A stretch of DNA of 64,000 bases from an uncultured Gammaproteobacteria bacterium. Lineage in GTDB: Bacteria; Patescibacteriota; Microgenomatia; Levybacterales; UBA12049. Numbering within the stretch: position 1 is the stretch's first letter; each line of letters opens with the position of its first letter. The position numbers and the translations under genes are program-made. The notes below the pieces were generated by a model that did not search any database, had not been told where the DNA came from, and worked only from the letters and a program-made list of their open reading frames with translations. Positions 45,983 to 55,984 of this stretch are shown here, in pieces. The stretch is taken from NCBI GenBank assembly GCA_964521295.1, contig CAZFRF010000001.1, forward strand, positions 206,146 to 270,145, written 5' to 3'.

Positions 45983-46684
45983 ATGGAATTATTGCAAGTA
46001 CTTATTCACTTTGACAGTGCTCTTCAATCAATCATTGCTCTTTTTGGCCCAACTACTTACATCATCTTATTTTTAATTGTTTTTGCTGAAACAGGTTTAG
46101 TAGTTACACCCTTTTTACCTGGAGATTCATTAATTTTTGCAGTTGGAGCGTTAGCTGGAAGAGAATATCTCAATATATTCATCTCCTATGGAGTATTACT
46201 CGCAGCAGCAATATTAGGCGATACAGTTAATTATTGGATTGGCTATCACCTAGGTGGAAAAGTATTTGCAAAGAAAAACTCCCGAATTTTTAAACCTGAA
46301 TACTTAGAGAAAACTAGTGAATTTTACGCAAAACATGGTGGTAAAACCATAATCCTTGCTAGATTTGTTCCAGTTGTTAGAACCTTTGCCCCTTTTGTTG
46401 CGGGAGTAGGCAAAATGCACTATAGAACCTTTATTTCCTACAATATTATCGGTGGTTTTGTATGGGTAACCGCTCTACTGTTTGCAGGTTACTTCTTTGG
46501 TCAAATGGAATTTGTAAAAAAGAATTTTGAATATGTAGTCATTGGCATAGTCGCAATATCTGTTTTACCTATGATCTACGAGTTTGCCAAGCATAAACTA
46601 TCTAAAGAAGAGAAAAAAGTTAAAGATGAAACCTCATATGATGAAATTCAAAAAATGTTTAAAAAAGAACATCTTAACGATTAA
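45983..46684 (+). CDS. DedA-family membrane protein
   Basis: VTPFLPGDSLIFAVGALAG and ARFVPVVRTFAPFVAGVGKM DedA/SNARE-associated motifs. Confidence 0.8.
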   Translation: MELLQVLIHFDSALQSIIALFGPTTYIILFLIVFAETGLVVTPFLPGDSLIFAVGALAGREYLNIFISYGVLLAAAILGDTVNYWIGYHLGGKVFAKKNSRIFKPEYLEKTSEFYAKHGGKTIILARFVPVVRTFAPFVAGVGKMHYRTFISYNIIGGFVWVTALLFAGYFFGQMEFVKKNFEYVVIGIVAISVLPMIYEFAKHKLSKEEKKVKDETSYDEIQKMFKKEHLND

Positions 46685-46696
46685 TGCTTCGGGGAA

Positions 46697-47323
46697 TTAA
46701 AATTTTCTAACTAAACCTACCACCTTACCCTGAATAGTTAACTTTGTAGGATAAATAGGAGACATTTCTGAATTTGCAGGTTTTAAAACTACTCTACCAT
46801 TCTCTTTATAGAACTTTTTAAGAGTTGCCAAATTATCGTCAACCATTGCGACAACAATTTCTCCATTTGTTGCTTCAGAAACTTTTTCAATTACAACAAA
46901 ATCTCCATCTAATATTCCATCTTCTATCATTGACCTTCCTTTGACCTGTAAGACATACGCAGTATTCTTTCCCGACAAAAGACTAGCAGAAACATAAAAA
47001 GTTGCATTGGGATCAGTATGCGGCTCCAGCGGTTGTCCTGCAGCGATAAATCCCATAAGTGGTAATTCAATTGCTGGCTTACTTCCCAAAAGCGACATCT
47101 GTACCTTATCGTCTACAATTTTTAAGACCCGAGTATTACCATCTACTTTTTGCACATAACCTTTTTCAACTAACGATCTAATAAGAGTGTGTACTGTAGA
47201 ATTTGATCTGTGTCCTGTACCTTGAGCAATTTCTGTTAAAGTTGGGGAATAGCCGTATTGACGCTGAAACTGAGCTAAAAATTCTAAAACTTCTCTTTCT
47301 TTTTTATATAGAACTCCGGGCAT
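46697..47323 (-). CDS. lexA: LexA repressor
   Basis: Winged HTH N-terminus (LTEIAQGTGHRSNSTVHTLIRSLVEKGYV). Cleavage site LAAGQP (Ala-Gly). S24 peptidase VKGRSMIEDGILDGDFVVIEK with downstream Lys. Confidence 0.9.
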   Translation of the reverse strand: MPGVLYKKEREVLEFLAQFQRQYGYSPTLTEIAQGTGHRSNSTVHTLIRSLVEKGYVQKVDGNTRVLKIVDDKVQMSLLGSKPAIELPLMGFIAAGQPLEPHTDPNATFYVSASLLSGKNTAYVLQVKGRSMIEDGILDGDFVVIEKVSEATNGEIVVAMVDDNLATLKKFYKENGRVVLKPANSEMSPIYPTKLTIQGKVVGLVRKF

Positions 47324-47340
47324 ATGTATATTTTATACGA
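47324..47340. promoter_or_regulatory. Candidate LexA operator (palindrome aTGTATAtttTATACga) abutting the lexA start codon
   Basis: Inverted repeat GTATA-N3-TATAC, reminiscent of CTGT-N8-ACAG-type SOS boxes (TGTAT...ATACg). Position is appropriate for autoregulation and for the divergent gene. The spacing differs from the E. coli consensus. Confidence 0.3.
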
Positions 47341-47438
47341 AAAATAATGAAACATTGTCAAGAACTCAAAGCAACACAAACTAGATCAATATTTTTATAA
47401 ATTTGCATTTTTAAATTTATACTATATAATTCAATACT

Positions 47439-47879
47439 ATGAGATCAAATGAGAGATTTACTCAACTTGCTGGTAGAATCACTTTATTCGTAGCAGCCGC
47501 AGGAGTTGGTAGCGTTATAAACGAAGTTACGCCTAGAGACAATCAGGTCAATGACATTCAGCTAGTTGAATGTCAATCAGGCGGTGGTCTACAAAGAAAT
47601 ACCTTAAGAATTGACACCTTAAACAACAGAGCACAACCTATTCATGTTGGTGGTCAAATTTCTTTTTATGGAACACATAGAGGGTCACTAGATATCTTAC
47701 CTGATCAAAAGGGTGGATTATCACTTGAAATTCCAGAATCTCAATCTATAGAAAGGATCAAAGAAGTAAATAAAGAAACGATCGTATTTCATTCAAGAGG
47801 CGTTGCTTACGAAATTACATCAGTCCCAACTAACTCATTTAGCACATCTTTACAAATTACTGCTTCCTGCGAAAATTAA
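47439..47879 (+). CDS. Hypothetical 146-aa protein with N-terminal hydrophobic segment, divergent from lexA
   Basis: Single TM/signal (ITLFVAAAGVGSVI) then a soluble domain. Occupies the lexA-divergent position where SOS-induced small membrane proteins (YneA/ChiZ-type) are found in other bacteria. No LysM seen. Confidence 0.45.
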   Translation: MRSNERFTQLAGRITLFVAAAGVGSVINEVTPRDNQVNDIQLVECQSGGGLQRNTLRIDTLNNRAQPIHVGGQISFYGTHRGSLDILPDQKGGLSLEIPESQSIERIKEVNKETIVFHSRGVAYEITSVPTNSFSTSLQITASCEN

Positions 47880-47908
47880 TTTTCCCTTTTTTGTGGTAAA
47901 ATCTCTTC

Positions 47909-49897
47909 ATGCAATTTAAATTAAAATCAGATTTTAAGCCTACTGGTGATCAACCTCAAGCTATTGAAAAGCTAACCAAAGGTTTTGCAGAAAATAAACA
48001 TCATCAAGTGCTCCTTGGTGTTACAGGTAGTGGAAAAACCTTCACAATGGCAAATATGATCCAAAAAATTCAAAAGCCTACTCTAATTATTTCTCACAAT
48101 AAAACGTTAGCAGGACAACTTTACCAAGAATTCAGAGATTTTTTTCCAGATAATGCTGTTTCATATTTTGTTTCCTACTATGATTTCTATCAACCAGAAG
48201 CATATATTCCCTCTTCAGATACATATATAGAGAAAGAAGTAGAAATTAATGAAGAAATAGATAAATTAAGACTGGCAGCAACAACCAATCTTTTAACTAG
48301 AAAAGACGTTATCGTCGTTGCTTCAGTATCATGTATCTATAACCTTGGCTCCCCTATTGAATACGGAAAGTTCATCTTAGAACTTAAACCAGGCGTAAGA
48401 CTTGAGCAAAGAGACATTTTAGTTAGACTTGCTGATTTACAGTACGAAAGGAATGATTACTCTTTCCAAAGAGGAAGTTTTAGAGTCAGAGGAGAAGATA
48501 TTGATCTTTTCCCTTCATATAGTGATTTAGGCCTTAGAATTAGCACTTTAAATGGCAAAATAAAGCACATTATTGAATTTGACCCCTTAACTGGTGACAA
48601 CCTAAGAATCTTAGATGGAACAGTTATTTATCCAGCTAAACATTACATGACAGATCCAACAACTTACCCAAGTGTTTTCCCGCAAATCAAAAAGGATTTA
48701 GATGAGCAAGTAGCCAAATTTAAAAAAGAAGGCAAATTAATCGAAGCGCAAAGAATTGCTCAAAGAACCAATTTTGATCTAGATATGATTAGAGAGATTG
48801 GTTACGTTAATGGAATAGAAAACTATTCGAGATACTTTGATGGCAGGAACCCTGGAGATGCTCCCTACTCTCTACTTGAATATTTTAGAGCTTGCGATTC
48901 TGATTACTTAACCATTATTGATGAGTCACATATTACTCTTCCGCAGATTAGAGGAATGTACAACGGAGATAGAGCTCGAAAAGAAAACTTAATTAATTAC
49001 GGCTTTAGACTTCCTTCAGCTCTAGATAATAGACCTTTAAAATATGAAGAATTTGCAACTAGAGTTAAAAATTTAGTTTATGTTTCTGCAACACCAAATG
49101 ATTACGAACTATCTTTAGCTAAGGAATATGACGCCATTGCGGAACAGCTAATTAGACCAACTGGACTTGTTGACCCTGAAGTTACAGTTAAGCCTAGCAA
49201 GGGACAAATTGAAGATTTAATCACTGAAATTGAAAAAACTGTAAAAAATAAACAAAGAGTTTTAGTAACCACTTTAACCAAGAGAATGGCAGAAGAACTA
49301 TCAAGTTATTTAATGGAAAGAAATATTAAGGTTTCATATCTTCATTCAGACATTGAAACCTTAAAGCGCCAAGACGTATTGGATAAATTAAGAGAGGGAG
49401 AATATGACGTACTAATTGGCATTAATTTACTTAGAGAAGGCTTAGACTTACCTGAAGTATCTTTAGTTGCAATCATTGATGCTGATAAGGAAGGTTTTTT
49501 AAGAAGTAGAAGTGCTCTAATTCAAACAATGGGAAGAGCCGCAAGAAATGTTGATTCAAGAGTAATTATGTATGCAGATAAAATTACTGGATCAATGCAG
49601 GCAGCAATTGATGAAGTTGAGAGAAGAAGAAAAATTCAAATGGAATATAATAAAAAACATAACATCACTCCAACTACAATTTCAAAATCAATTAGAGCTA
49701 GGCTTGTTGAAGAACAAATAGAAGAAGAAAAACAAGCAAATTATCTTTTATCACTTCAATCCAAAGAGGTTTTACTTCCTGACGAAAAAGAAAAACTAAT
49801 TAAAAAATTAACTGCGCAAATGCGCGAGGCTGCAAAAGAACTAGATTTTGAAACTGCAACCCTTCTTAGAGATCAAATCCGCCAACTTAAAAAATAA
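47909..49897 (+). CDS. uvrB: Excinuclease ABC subunit B
   Basis: Helicase motifs GVTGSGKT, DESH and QTMGRAARN. UvrB beta-hairpin region. C-terminal UVR domain (ATLLRDQIRQLKK). Confidence 0.97.
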   Translation: MQFKLKSDFKPTGDQPQAIEKLTKGFAENKHHQVLLGVTGSGKTFTMANMIQKIQKPTLIISHNKTLAGQLYQEFRDFFPDNAVSYFVSYYDFYQPEAYIPSSDTYIEKEVEINEEIDKLRLAATTNLLTRKDVIVVASVSCIYNLGSPIEYGKFILELKPGVRLEQRDILVRLADLQYERNDYSFQRGSFRVRGEDIDLFPSYSDLGLRISTLNGKIKHIIEFDPLTGDNLRILDGTVIYPAKHYMTDPTTYPSVFPQIKKDLDEQVAKFKKEGKLIEAQRIAQRTNFDLDMIREIGYVNGIENYSRYFDGRNPGDAPYSLLEYFRACDSDYLTIIDESHITLPQIRGMYNGDRARKENLINYGFRLPSALDNRPLKYEEFATRVKNLVYVSATPNDYELSLAKEYDAIAEQLIRPTGLVDPEVTVKPSKGQIEDLITEIEKTVKNKQRVLVTTLTKRMAEELSSYLMERNIKVSYLHSDIETLKRQDVLDKLREGEYDVLIGINLLREGLDLPEVSLVAIIDADKEGFLRSRSALIQTMGRAARNVDSRVIMYADKITGSMQAAIDEVERRRKIQMEYNKKHNITPTTISKSIRARLVEEQIEEEKQANYLLSLQSKEVLLPDEKEKLIKKLTAQMREAAKELDFETATLLRDQIRQLKK

Positions 49898-49943
49898 TAT
49901 TGACAAACTATCTTCTACACAGTACTATCCATTAAATATTGAT

Positions 49944-50516
49944 ATGGCAAAACAACCTGAAATACCAACAGTTGCAGTTAATTTTGATGAACTATCTCTT
50001 GTAAGAAGAGCTAAAAAAGAAAGAAAAAAAGCAGTCAAACGCTTAGAAGATTTAGATAGGAAAAGACGTGAATTAGTACCGCTTACAGGTAGATTAGACA
50101 AAGCAGTTGTTGAGTTAATACAAGCATCTGTAAATACAGATTCAGATGACCCAAGATATTTTCCTGTAAGAGATCATCAATATAGATATGCTTTTGACTT
50201 ACCTGGCGAACAAGAACCTTTCCATGTATCTATAACTGCCTCTATACTCGATCAAGGAAAAAGATATATAGATCCAGCCACCTCTGATGCCTGGAGGTAT
50301 ACAATATCTGGACCATATACAAGAGGCCATGGTTCACCTCTGCATGATCTTAAAAAAGATGGTAATAATAATTACGCTGTTTTAGGATTTGGAAAAGACG
50401 GAAAACAAGTCTCTACATTACCTAAACCCAAAACAATTACTAATTACGCAAACTTAATTACTGGCTTAACACAAGGCATACAAGCAGGTGCAGTAAGAAT
50501 AACTTCTCGTGGTTAG
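49944..50516 (+). CDS. Hypothetical protein (about 190 aa from internal Met MAKQPEIP)
   Basis: The track ORF starts at 49848 inside uvrB. The Met at about 49944 avoids the overlap. Basic coiled segment then a Gly/aromatic-rich domain. No motif recognised. Confidence 0.4.
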   Translation: MAKQPEIPTVAVNFDELSLVRRAKKERKKAVKRLEDLDRKRRELVPLTGRLDKAVVELIQASVNTDSDDPRYFPVRDHQYRYAFDLPGEQEPFHVSITASILDQGKRYIDPATSDAWRYTISGPYTRGHGSPLHDLKKDGNNNYAVLGFGKDGKQVSTLPKPKTITNYANLITGLTQGIQAGAVRITSRG

Positions 50517-50769
50517 ATTGACTCCGCAACGCAAATTAATTATAATACCAATCTTAATATGAAAAGAATTGAAGCGTTAAATGCCAGATGGAAAGGTTAT
50601 AAAGAAAAAAGAGCAAGGAAAAGTTTTATTCCCGTTGAAACACCTAAGAGATCTGAAATGTGGGGAACAGTTTTTGACGCGCATCATCCTCAAGAGCCAT
50701 TGGGTAAAATCGTAACAGAAAGCTAATTATCTTCTAAATATAAATTTTTTCTGAAGGAATTAGGGGAAA

Positions 50770-51063
50770 TTAATTTAACTTTTTATTTCTTAAATAATAA
50801 AGCTTTGCTCTTCTAACGTTTGATTTAATATGTCCCTTAACAACTGTTTTCTCAATATTAGGAGACATAACTGGGAAAATTCTTTCTACTCCCACTTCTC
50901 CAACCATTTTTCTAACTGTAAAAGTTTTGTTGTCGCCTCTACCCTTAATTTTTAAAACAACGCCTTCAAAAACCTGAATTCTGGTTTTTTCACCTTCAGT
51001 TACTTTTTGAAAAACTCTTACTACGTCGCCTGGAACAAAATCAATTTTTGCAATCATAGGCAT
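50770..51063 (-). CDS. rplS: 50S ribosomal protein L19
   Basis: [16 protein letters not shown]...[14 protein letters not shown]...FTVRK and the C-terminal RRAKLYYLR signature. Confidence 0.9.
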   Translation of the reverse strand: MPMIAKIDFVPGDVVRVFQKVTEGEKTRIQVFEGVVLKIKGRGDNKTFTVRKMVGEVGVERIFPVMSPNIEKTVVKGHIKSNVRRAKLYYLRNKKLN

Positions 51064-51101
51064 TATTATACCTCAAATTAGTTTTAAGCTCAAGAATTAG
51101 T

Positions 51102-52766
51102 TTAAGCTAAAGATTCAACGAATTCTAGAAAGATTGGATGAGGTTTCAAGGGTCTACTTTTATATTCAGGGTGTCCCTGAGTACCAATATAAAAAGGGTG
51201 ATTTTTTTTAGGAAGTTCGATTATTTCAACTAGATCTTCCTTCTTAGATCTTGCACTAATTATTAATCCATTTTTTTCAAAATCATTAGTAAATTGATTA
51301 TTGAATTCGTATCTATGCCTGTGTCTTTCACTTGTTAAATTTGCAGATTTTTGTTTAAACCCAGAATATTTATTGTATATATCCCACGCTCTAGTTTTCT
51401 TTTTAACTACCGCTTCCCAACCTCCCAGACGCATTGTTCCGCCAAACTGCTTGCTTGCTACTAAATCTCTTTGATTAGCAATAAAATGAATAACCGGATG
51501 TTTTGTTTTTTTATTTTCTTCAGTATTTGCATCTTTAAAGCCTAAAACGTCTCTGGCAAACGCAATTACAGCAAGCTGCATTCCGTAGCAAAGTCCAAGA
51601 TAGGGAATTTTATTAATTCTGGCAAAGCTAGCTGCTTTTATCATACCCTCTGCTCCCCTTTCACCCCAACCAATAGGCACAATTATCCCTCTTAAGTCTT
51701 CAATTTCTCCAAAAACCTTTGCTGCACCTTCTTTTTCAACTTTTTCCGCATCTACCCAGACTGTTTCTACTTTCATATTTTTCTTCCAGCCAGCATGATC
51801 TAGAGCGTCAAACAAAGCTGCATAAGAATCTTTAAGTTGATATTCTCCTGTTCCAAAATATTTACCAACAATCGCAACCTTAGCAGTTTTTTTCTGAGAC
51901 TTTGTACTTTCTACAAACGCTTTCCAAGCAGTTAAATTAGGCTCTTTAATTTTTAAACCTAACTTTTGCAAAATCCTTTTATGCATATTTTGCTTATATA
52001 AAACAAAGGGTATTTCATAAACACTGTCTAAATCTGGAGAGGAAATAACATCTTCTTTATGAATATTACAAAAAAGTGCGAGCCTATCTTTACGTCTTTG
52101 ATCCAAATATCTTTCTCCCCTTGTTACCAAGAAATCAGGCTGAATTCCCATGGTATTTAAAGTTCTAACAGAAAGTTGTGTAGGTTTTGTTTTAGGTTCT
52201 CCTAGGTGTCCAGGAGTAGGCACATAACTAACATGGATATGAATAACGTCTTTTGGTCTTTTAAGAGTGAGCATACGTGAAGCTTCATAAAAAAGTGCAT
52301 TTTGATACTCCCCTGCAGTTCCACCTAATTCAACAATAATAATATCAGGATTATCTTTGTCTTCAAGAATTTTAATTCTTCGCATTATCTCATCAGTTAT
52401 ATTAGGAATTGCTTCAACATCCTCACCGTTATATTCAAATCTTCTTTCTCTATCAATTACTGTTTTATAGATTTTACCCATGGTTACAAAATTATCTTTA
52501 CCCATATCCATATCCAGATATTTTTCGTAAGTTCCTAAATCCATATCTCCCTCTGTTCCATCTTCACACAGGAATGGATCGCCATGTTCTATAGGGTTAA
52601 TAGTACCAGCATCTACATTCAAATAATTCTCGAATTTAATTGGAGAAATCTTGAAACCTGCTGATTTTAAAATTAAGGCGATTGAGGCGGCGGTAGTACC
52701 TTTTCCGATTCCGGAAATTACTCCACCCGAAACAAAGATGTATTTTGTAGACTTTTTACTGGGCAC
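51102..52766 (-). CDS. pyrG: CTP synthase
   Basis: N-terminal synthetase FVSGGVISGIGKG. C-terminal class I glutamine amidotransferase GLCYGMQ (Cys), H-x-E. Confidence 0.97.
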   Translation of the reverse strand: MPSKKSTKYIFVSGGVISGIGKGTTAASIALILKSAGFKISPIKFENYLNVDAGTINPIEHGDPFLCEDGTEGDMDLGTYEKYLDMDMGKDNFVTMGKIYKTVIDRERRFEYNGEDVEAIPNITDEIMRRIKILEDKDNPDIIIVELGGTAGEYQNALFYEASRMLTLKRPKDVIHIHVSYVPTPGHLGEPKTKPTQLSVRTLNTMGIQPDFLVTRGERYLDQRRKDRLALFCNIHKEDVISSPDLDSVYEIPFVLYKQNMHKRILQKLGLKIKEPNLTAWKAFVESTKSQKKTAKVAIVGKYFGTGEYQLKDSYAALFDALDHAGWKKNMKVETVWVDAEKVEKEGAAKVFGEIEDLRGIIVPIGWGERGAEGMIKAASFARINKIPYLGLCYGMQLAVIAFARDVLGFKDANTEENKKTKHPVIHFIANQRDLVASKQFGGTMRLGGWEAVVKKKTRAWDIYNKYSGFKQKSANLTSERHRHRYEFNNQFTNDFEKNGLIISARSKKEDLVEIIELPKKNHPFYIGTQGHPEYKSRPLKPHPIFLEFVESLA

Positions 52767-52803
52767 GATTTACTATATCAAATGAAATTTTTGTAGTCAA
52801 TTA

Positions 52804-53250
52804 CTATTTTTGATATTTCTTAAAATACTGAGGATATTTTTTCATTGTAAATTGTACTCCAGAATGTAAGGGATGCGGTAAGGCTGGTAATTTAAATATT
52901 GCCATCTCATCAAATTTATCAGTTTCAGTAATTTTAGCTTTGTTTATATCAACTTTTACAAAAAATGGGATTATTAACCAATGGGATTTTTTACCATCAA
53001 TAGTTCTAATAATTGAGTGTGCTGGCAATTGTTCTTGAATCTGACCAATTACCCCATACTCTTCTTTCACTTCCCTTAAAACGGCTTTTTCAACATCTTC
53101 CCCAAAATCTACTTTTCCGCTACCAAAATCCCATTTACCAACTTCATCACGAGCTTTAGATCCTCTTTTATGCAACAGGAAATTTCCCTTACCATCGTTG
53201 CAGTAAAAAGGTGTTGCTACGGCAATATAATCAAAGCCAGGTTTTAACAT
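52804..53250 (-). CDS. NUDIX hydrolase
   Basis: Nudix box GGKVDFGEDVEKAVLREVKEEYGV (Gx5Ex7REVxEExGU). Confidence 0.8.
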   Translation of the reverse strand: MLKPGFDYIAVATPFYCNDGKGNFLLHKRGSKARDEVGKWDFGSGKVDFGEDVEKAVLREVKEEYGVIGQIQEQLPAHSIIRTIDGKKSHWLIIPFFVKVDINKAKITETDKFDEMAIFKLPALPHPLHSGVQFTMKKYPQYFKKYQK

Positions 53251-53254
53251 TACT

Positions 53255-53328
53255 TGGAGCGGGATACGAGAATCGAACTCGCGTCTCTTCCTTGGGAAGG
53301 AAATATTCTACCACTGAACCAATCCCGC
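53255..53328 (-). tRNA. tRNA-Gly (anticodon CCC), CCA encoded
   Basis: Reverse complement GCGGGAT-TG-GTTCAGTGGTAGAAT-A-TTTCC-TTCCCAA-GGAAG-AGACG-CGAGTTCGATTCTCG-TATCCCGC-T-CCA. Coordinates +/-2 nt. Confidence 0.85.
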
Positions 53329-53382
53329 ATAGGAAGATTATAACTCATGTTAAGTAAGTTTGTAATTTCTCGTTATCGCAGG

Positions 53383-54018
53383 TTATCTAGGTAGCATTAT
53401 TGTATTATCTGCGTGAATTAAGTTTGGATCTGTTAATTTATTAATTCTTGCAATTTCTACCCATTTATAACCATCTCCGTATGCTCTAACAGCTATATGC
53501 CATAAATCATCGCCTCTTTGGATTTTATATGATCTTCCAGCGATTCTACTTGTTGTATCACCCGCAACATTTTTAACTGTTGGGGTAGGGGTAACTTGAT
53601 TTGCTTCAGCTGTTCTTTGCTTTACGTTAGGCAACATAAGTTTGGTTCCAGCAAATAATACACTTGGATTTTCTAATTTATTTGTATTTGCGATATCGAT
53701 CCAGTTGTATCCTGAACCATAAACACTTTGTGCAATATGCCATAAATCATCACCAGGTTTTACAGTATATGTTTTAAACTTAACTGAATTTAGTGCATCT
53801 TGCTCTACAGATGTTGCTGTTGAACTAGTATCTTGCAGCATTTTATTTCTTTCTTTTAAGAAAGAGAAAATGAGAATTACAGAGATTACTACAACAACTG
53901 CTCCTAAGAATAAACTTGTATAAGATTCTCCCCATTTAATTTGGGAAAGAAATCCTGGATTTTTCTTAATTTCCTTGACAGCAGTTTTTGTAACTGTTTT
54001 CTTTTTTGTTTTTGCCAT
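53383..54018 (-). CDS. LysM-domain protein (two LysM repeats, N-terminal anchor)
   Basis: Two repeats of YTVKPGDDLWHIAQSVYGSGYNWIDIANTNKL...LFAGTKLMLP / YKIQRGDDLWHIAVRAYGDGYKWVEIARINKL...IMLP. Confidence 0.85.
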   Translation of the reverse strand: MAKTKKKTVTKTAVKEIKKNPGFLSQIKWGESYTSLFLGAVVVVISVILIFSFLKERNKMLQDTSSTATSVEQDALNSVKFKTYTVKPGDDLWHIAQSVYGSGYNWIDIANTNKLENPSVLFAGTKLMLPNVKQRTAEANQVTPTPTVKNVAGDTTSRIAGRSYKIQRGDDLWHIAVRAYGDGYKWVEIARINKLTDPNLIHADNTIMLPR

Positions 54019-54063
54019 TTTGCCTCCTTTCTGAGCAGAAGAAATTATGTAGTTTGGGACAAG

Positions 54064-54138
54064 CGGGATGGACGGGACTCGAACCCGCGACCTCCTCCGT
54101 GACAGGGAGGCGCTCTAACCAAACTGAGCTACCACCCC
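54064..54138 (-). tRNA. tRNA-Asp (anticodon GTC)
   Basis: Reverse complement GGGGTGG-TA-GCTCAGTTGGTTAGAGC-G-CCTCC-CTGTCAC-GGAGG-AGGTC-GCGGGTTCGAGTCCCGT-CCATCCC-G. Coordinates +/-2 nt. Confidence 0.85.
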
Positions 54139-54163
54139 AAACTGTTCGTATCTTAACAAAAAT

Positions 54164-55969
54164 TTGAATTATCTTCAAGGCTCTGGTATGATTTTTCCAA
54201 TGAGCAACCAAGAAATTGCTAAGCTTCTGGAAAACGTTGCTACAGCCTACATTATTAAAGACGAAAAGAAATTTAAATTTCAACTTCTTGCTTATCAAAA
54301 AGCAGCGGAAACTGTCAGAAATTTAAACAGAGAACTCGTTGATTACTACAAAGATAACGAACTAGAATCTCTTCCCGGAATTGGACCAACTCTAAGAGGA
54401 CATTTAATTGATCTGTTTAAAAATGGTGAAGTTAAACATTTTGATTGGGTATTAGATGGAATACCTAAATCTGTTTTTGTCTTAACCGATATTCCAACCT
54501 TTGGTCCTAAAAAAGCCTATCGCTTGGTTTCCCAATTTAATTTAACTGATCCCAAAACTGTCATTGAAGATTTGAAAAAAATTGCTGAAAAAGGAGAAAT
54601 CGCCAAACTCGAAGGATTCGGAGATAAGTCACAAGCCGACGTAATAAGAGCAATTAATGAATTTAAAGAAGGAAAAGGCAAAACGACCAGAATGATTCTC
54701 CCTTATGCATATGAAGTTGCTCAGAAATTAATTGAGTATATGCAAAAAAATCCTGACGTTGACAGAATCGAGGCCTTAGGTAGTTTTAGGAGGAGACAAT
54801 CTACAGTAGGAGATTTGGATTTTGCCGTTGCCACAGCAAAACCTAAAGAAGTAATTGAATATTTTGTAAATTACCCATCTAAGGAAAGAATTATCGAAAA
54901 AGGCGATGTCTCAGCTTCAATTTTAGTAGCCGGAGGAAGGCAAGTTGATTTACTCATTCAACCCAAGGGAGCATTTGGATCTTTACTTCAGCATTTCACA
55001 GGCAGTAAAAATCATAATGTCGCGTTAAGAGAATATGCTCTAAAAAAGAATTTATCTCTTTCAGAATATGGAATAAAAAATTTAAAATCAAAAGACAAAG
55101 AAATACAGCAATATGCTGATGAAGAAAAGTTTTACAACGCAATTGGACTTTCGTTTATCCCACCAGAAATTAGAGAAAATACAGGAGAAATAGAATTAGC
55201 TGAAAAAAATAAATTACCTAAGCTCATTGAGCTAACTGATATTAAAGGAGACTTTCATATTCACTCAAGTTTTCCCATTGAACCAAGTCATGATTTAGGA
55301 CAAAACACAATGGAAGAGATGTTGACAGTTGCAAATGATCTAGGCTATGAATATTTAGGATTTTCTGAACATAACCCAAGTACCTCCAAACATACAAATG
55401 AACAAATTTATTACCTGATTAAAAGACGCAATGATTTAATTGATAAACTTAATTCAAGTAAAAAATATATTCGAATATTTAAATTGCTCGAAACTGATAT
55501 CTTGCCTTCAGGCGAGCTTGCAGTAGATGATAAGGCGCTTGAACTACTAGACGCATCAATTGTTTCCATTCATAGTGTTTTTAAAATGGACAAAGACAAG
55601 ATGACAGATAGAGTCATAAAAGGTCTTTCTCACCCAAAAGCCAAAATTCTTGCCCATCCTACCGGTAGACTCTTAAATGATAGATTTGGTTATGAGTTAG
55701 ATTTTAAGCGGATTTTTAAATTCTGTAAAGAAAATAATAAAGCCCTAGAAATTAATAGCTGGCCCCAAAGATTAGATCTTCCCGATTCACTAGTAAAAGA
55801 AGCAATTGAAAACGGAGTGAAACTGGTAATAGACAGCGATAGTCATGCTGCAAGTCAAATGAATCAACAAAAATATGGTGTCTTTGTTGCTCGAAGAGGA
55901 TGGGCAAAAAAAAGTGACATAATTAACTCATTCAGTTATAATGAAATTACTGACTGGTTCAGTAAATAA
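54164..55969 (+). CDS. DNA polymerase X family protein with C-terminal PHP phosphoesterase domain (PolX)
   Basis: HhH motifs (LPGIGPTLRGHL, LEGFGDKSQADV). Pol beta nucleotidyltransferase motif GSFRRRQSTVGDLDFAV. PHP domain GDFHIHSSF... with downstream His/Asp clusters. Confidence 0.85.
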   Translation: MNYLQGSGMIFPMSNQEIAKLLENVATAYIIKDEKKFKFQLLAYQKAAETVRNLNRELVDYYKDNELESLPGIGPTLRGHLIDLFKNGEVKHFDWVLDGIPKSVFVLTDIPTFGPKKAYRLVSQFNLTDPKTVIEDLKKIAEKGEIAKLEGFGDKSQADVIRAINEFKEGKGKTTRMILPYAYEVAQKLIEYMQKNPDVDRIEALGSFRRRQSTVGDLDFAVATAKPKEVIEYFVNYPSKERIIEKGDVSASILVAGGRQVDLLIQPKGAFGSLLQHFTGSKNHNVALREYALKKNLSLSEYGIKNLKSKDKEIQQYADEEKFYNAIGLSFIPPEIRENTGEIELAEKNKLPKLIELTDIKGDFHIHSSFPIEPSHDLGQNTMEEMLTVANDLGYEYLGFSEHNPSTSKHTNEQIYYLIKRRNDLIDKLNSSKKYIRIFKLLETDILPSGELAVDDKALELLDASIVSIHSVFKMDKDKMTDRVIKGLSHPKAKILAHPTGRLLNDRFGYELDFKRIFKFCKENNKALEINSWPQRLDLPDSLVKEAIENGVKLVIDSDSHAASQMNQQKYGVFVARRGWAKKSDIINSFSYNEITDWFSK

Positions 55970-55984
55970 AGGAGGTGACCACAT

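Noticed and set aside
47439-47879. Considered calling the lexA-divergent protein a LysM-type cell division inhibitor (YneA/ChiZ)
   Set aside because: No LysM signature is visible, so only the positional analogy remains. It is kept as a hypothesis in the findings rather than as a feature call.
53966-54298. 110-aa minus-strand ORF
   Set aside because: It spans tRNA-Asp and the antisense of the polX start region. Its composition is uncharacteristic and it overlaps real features.
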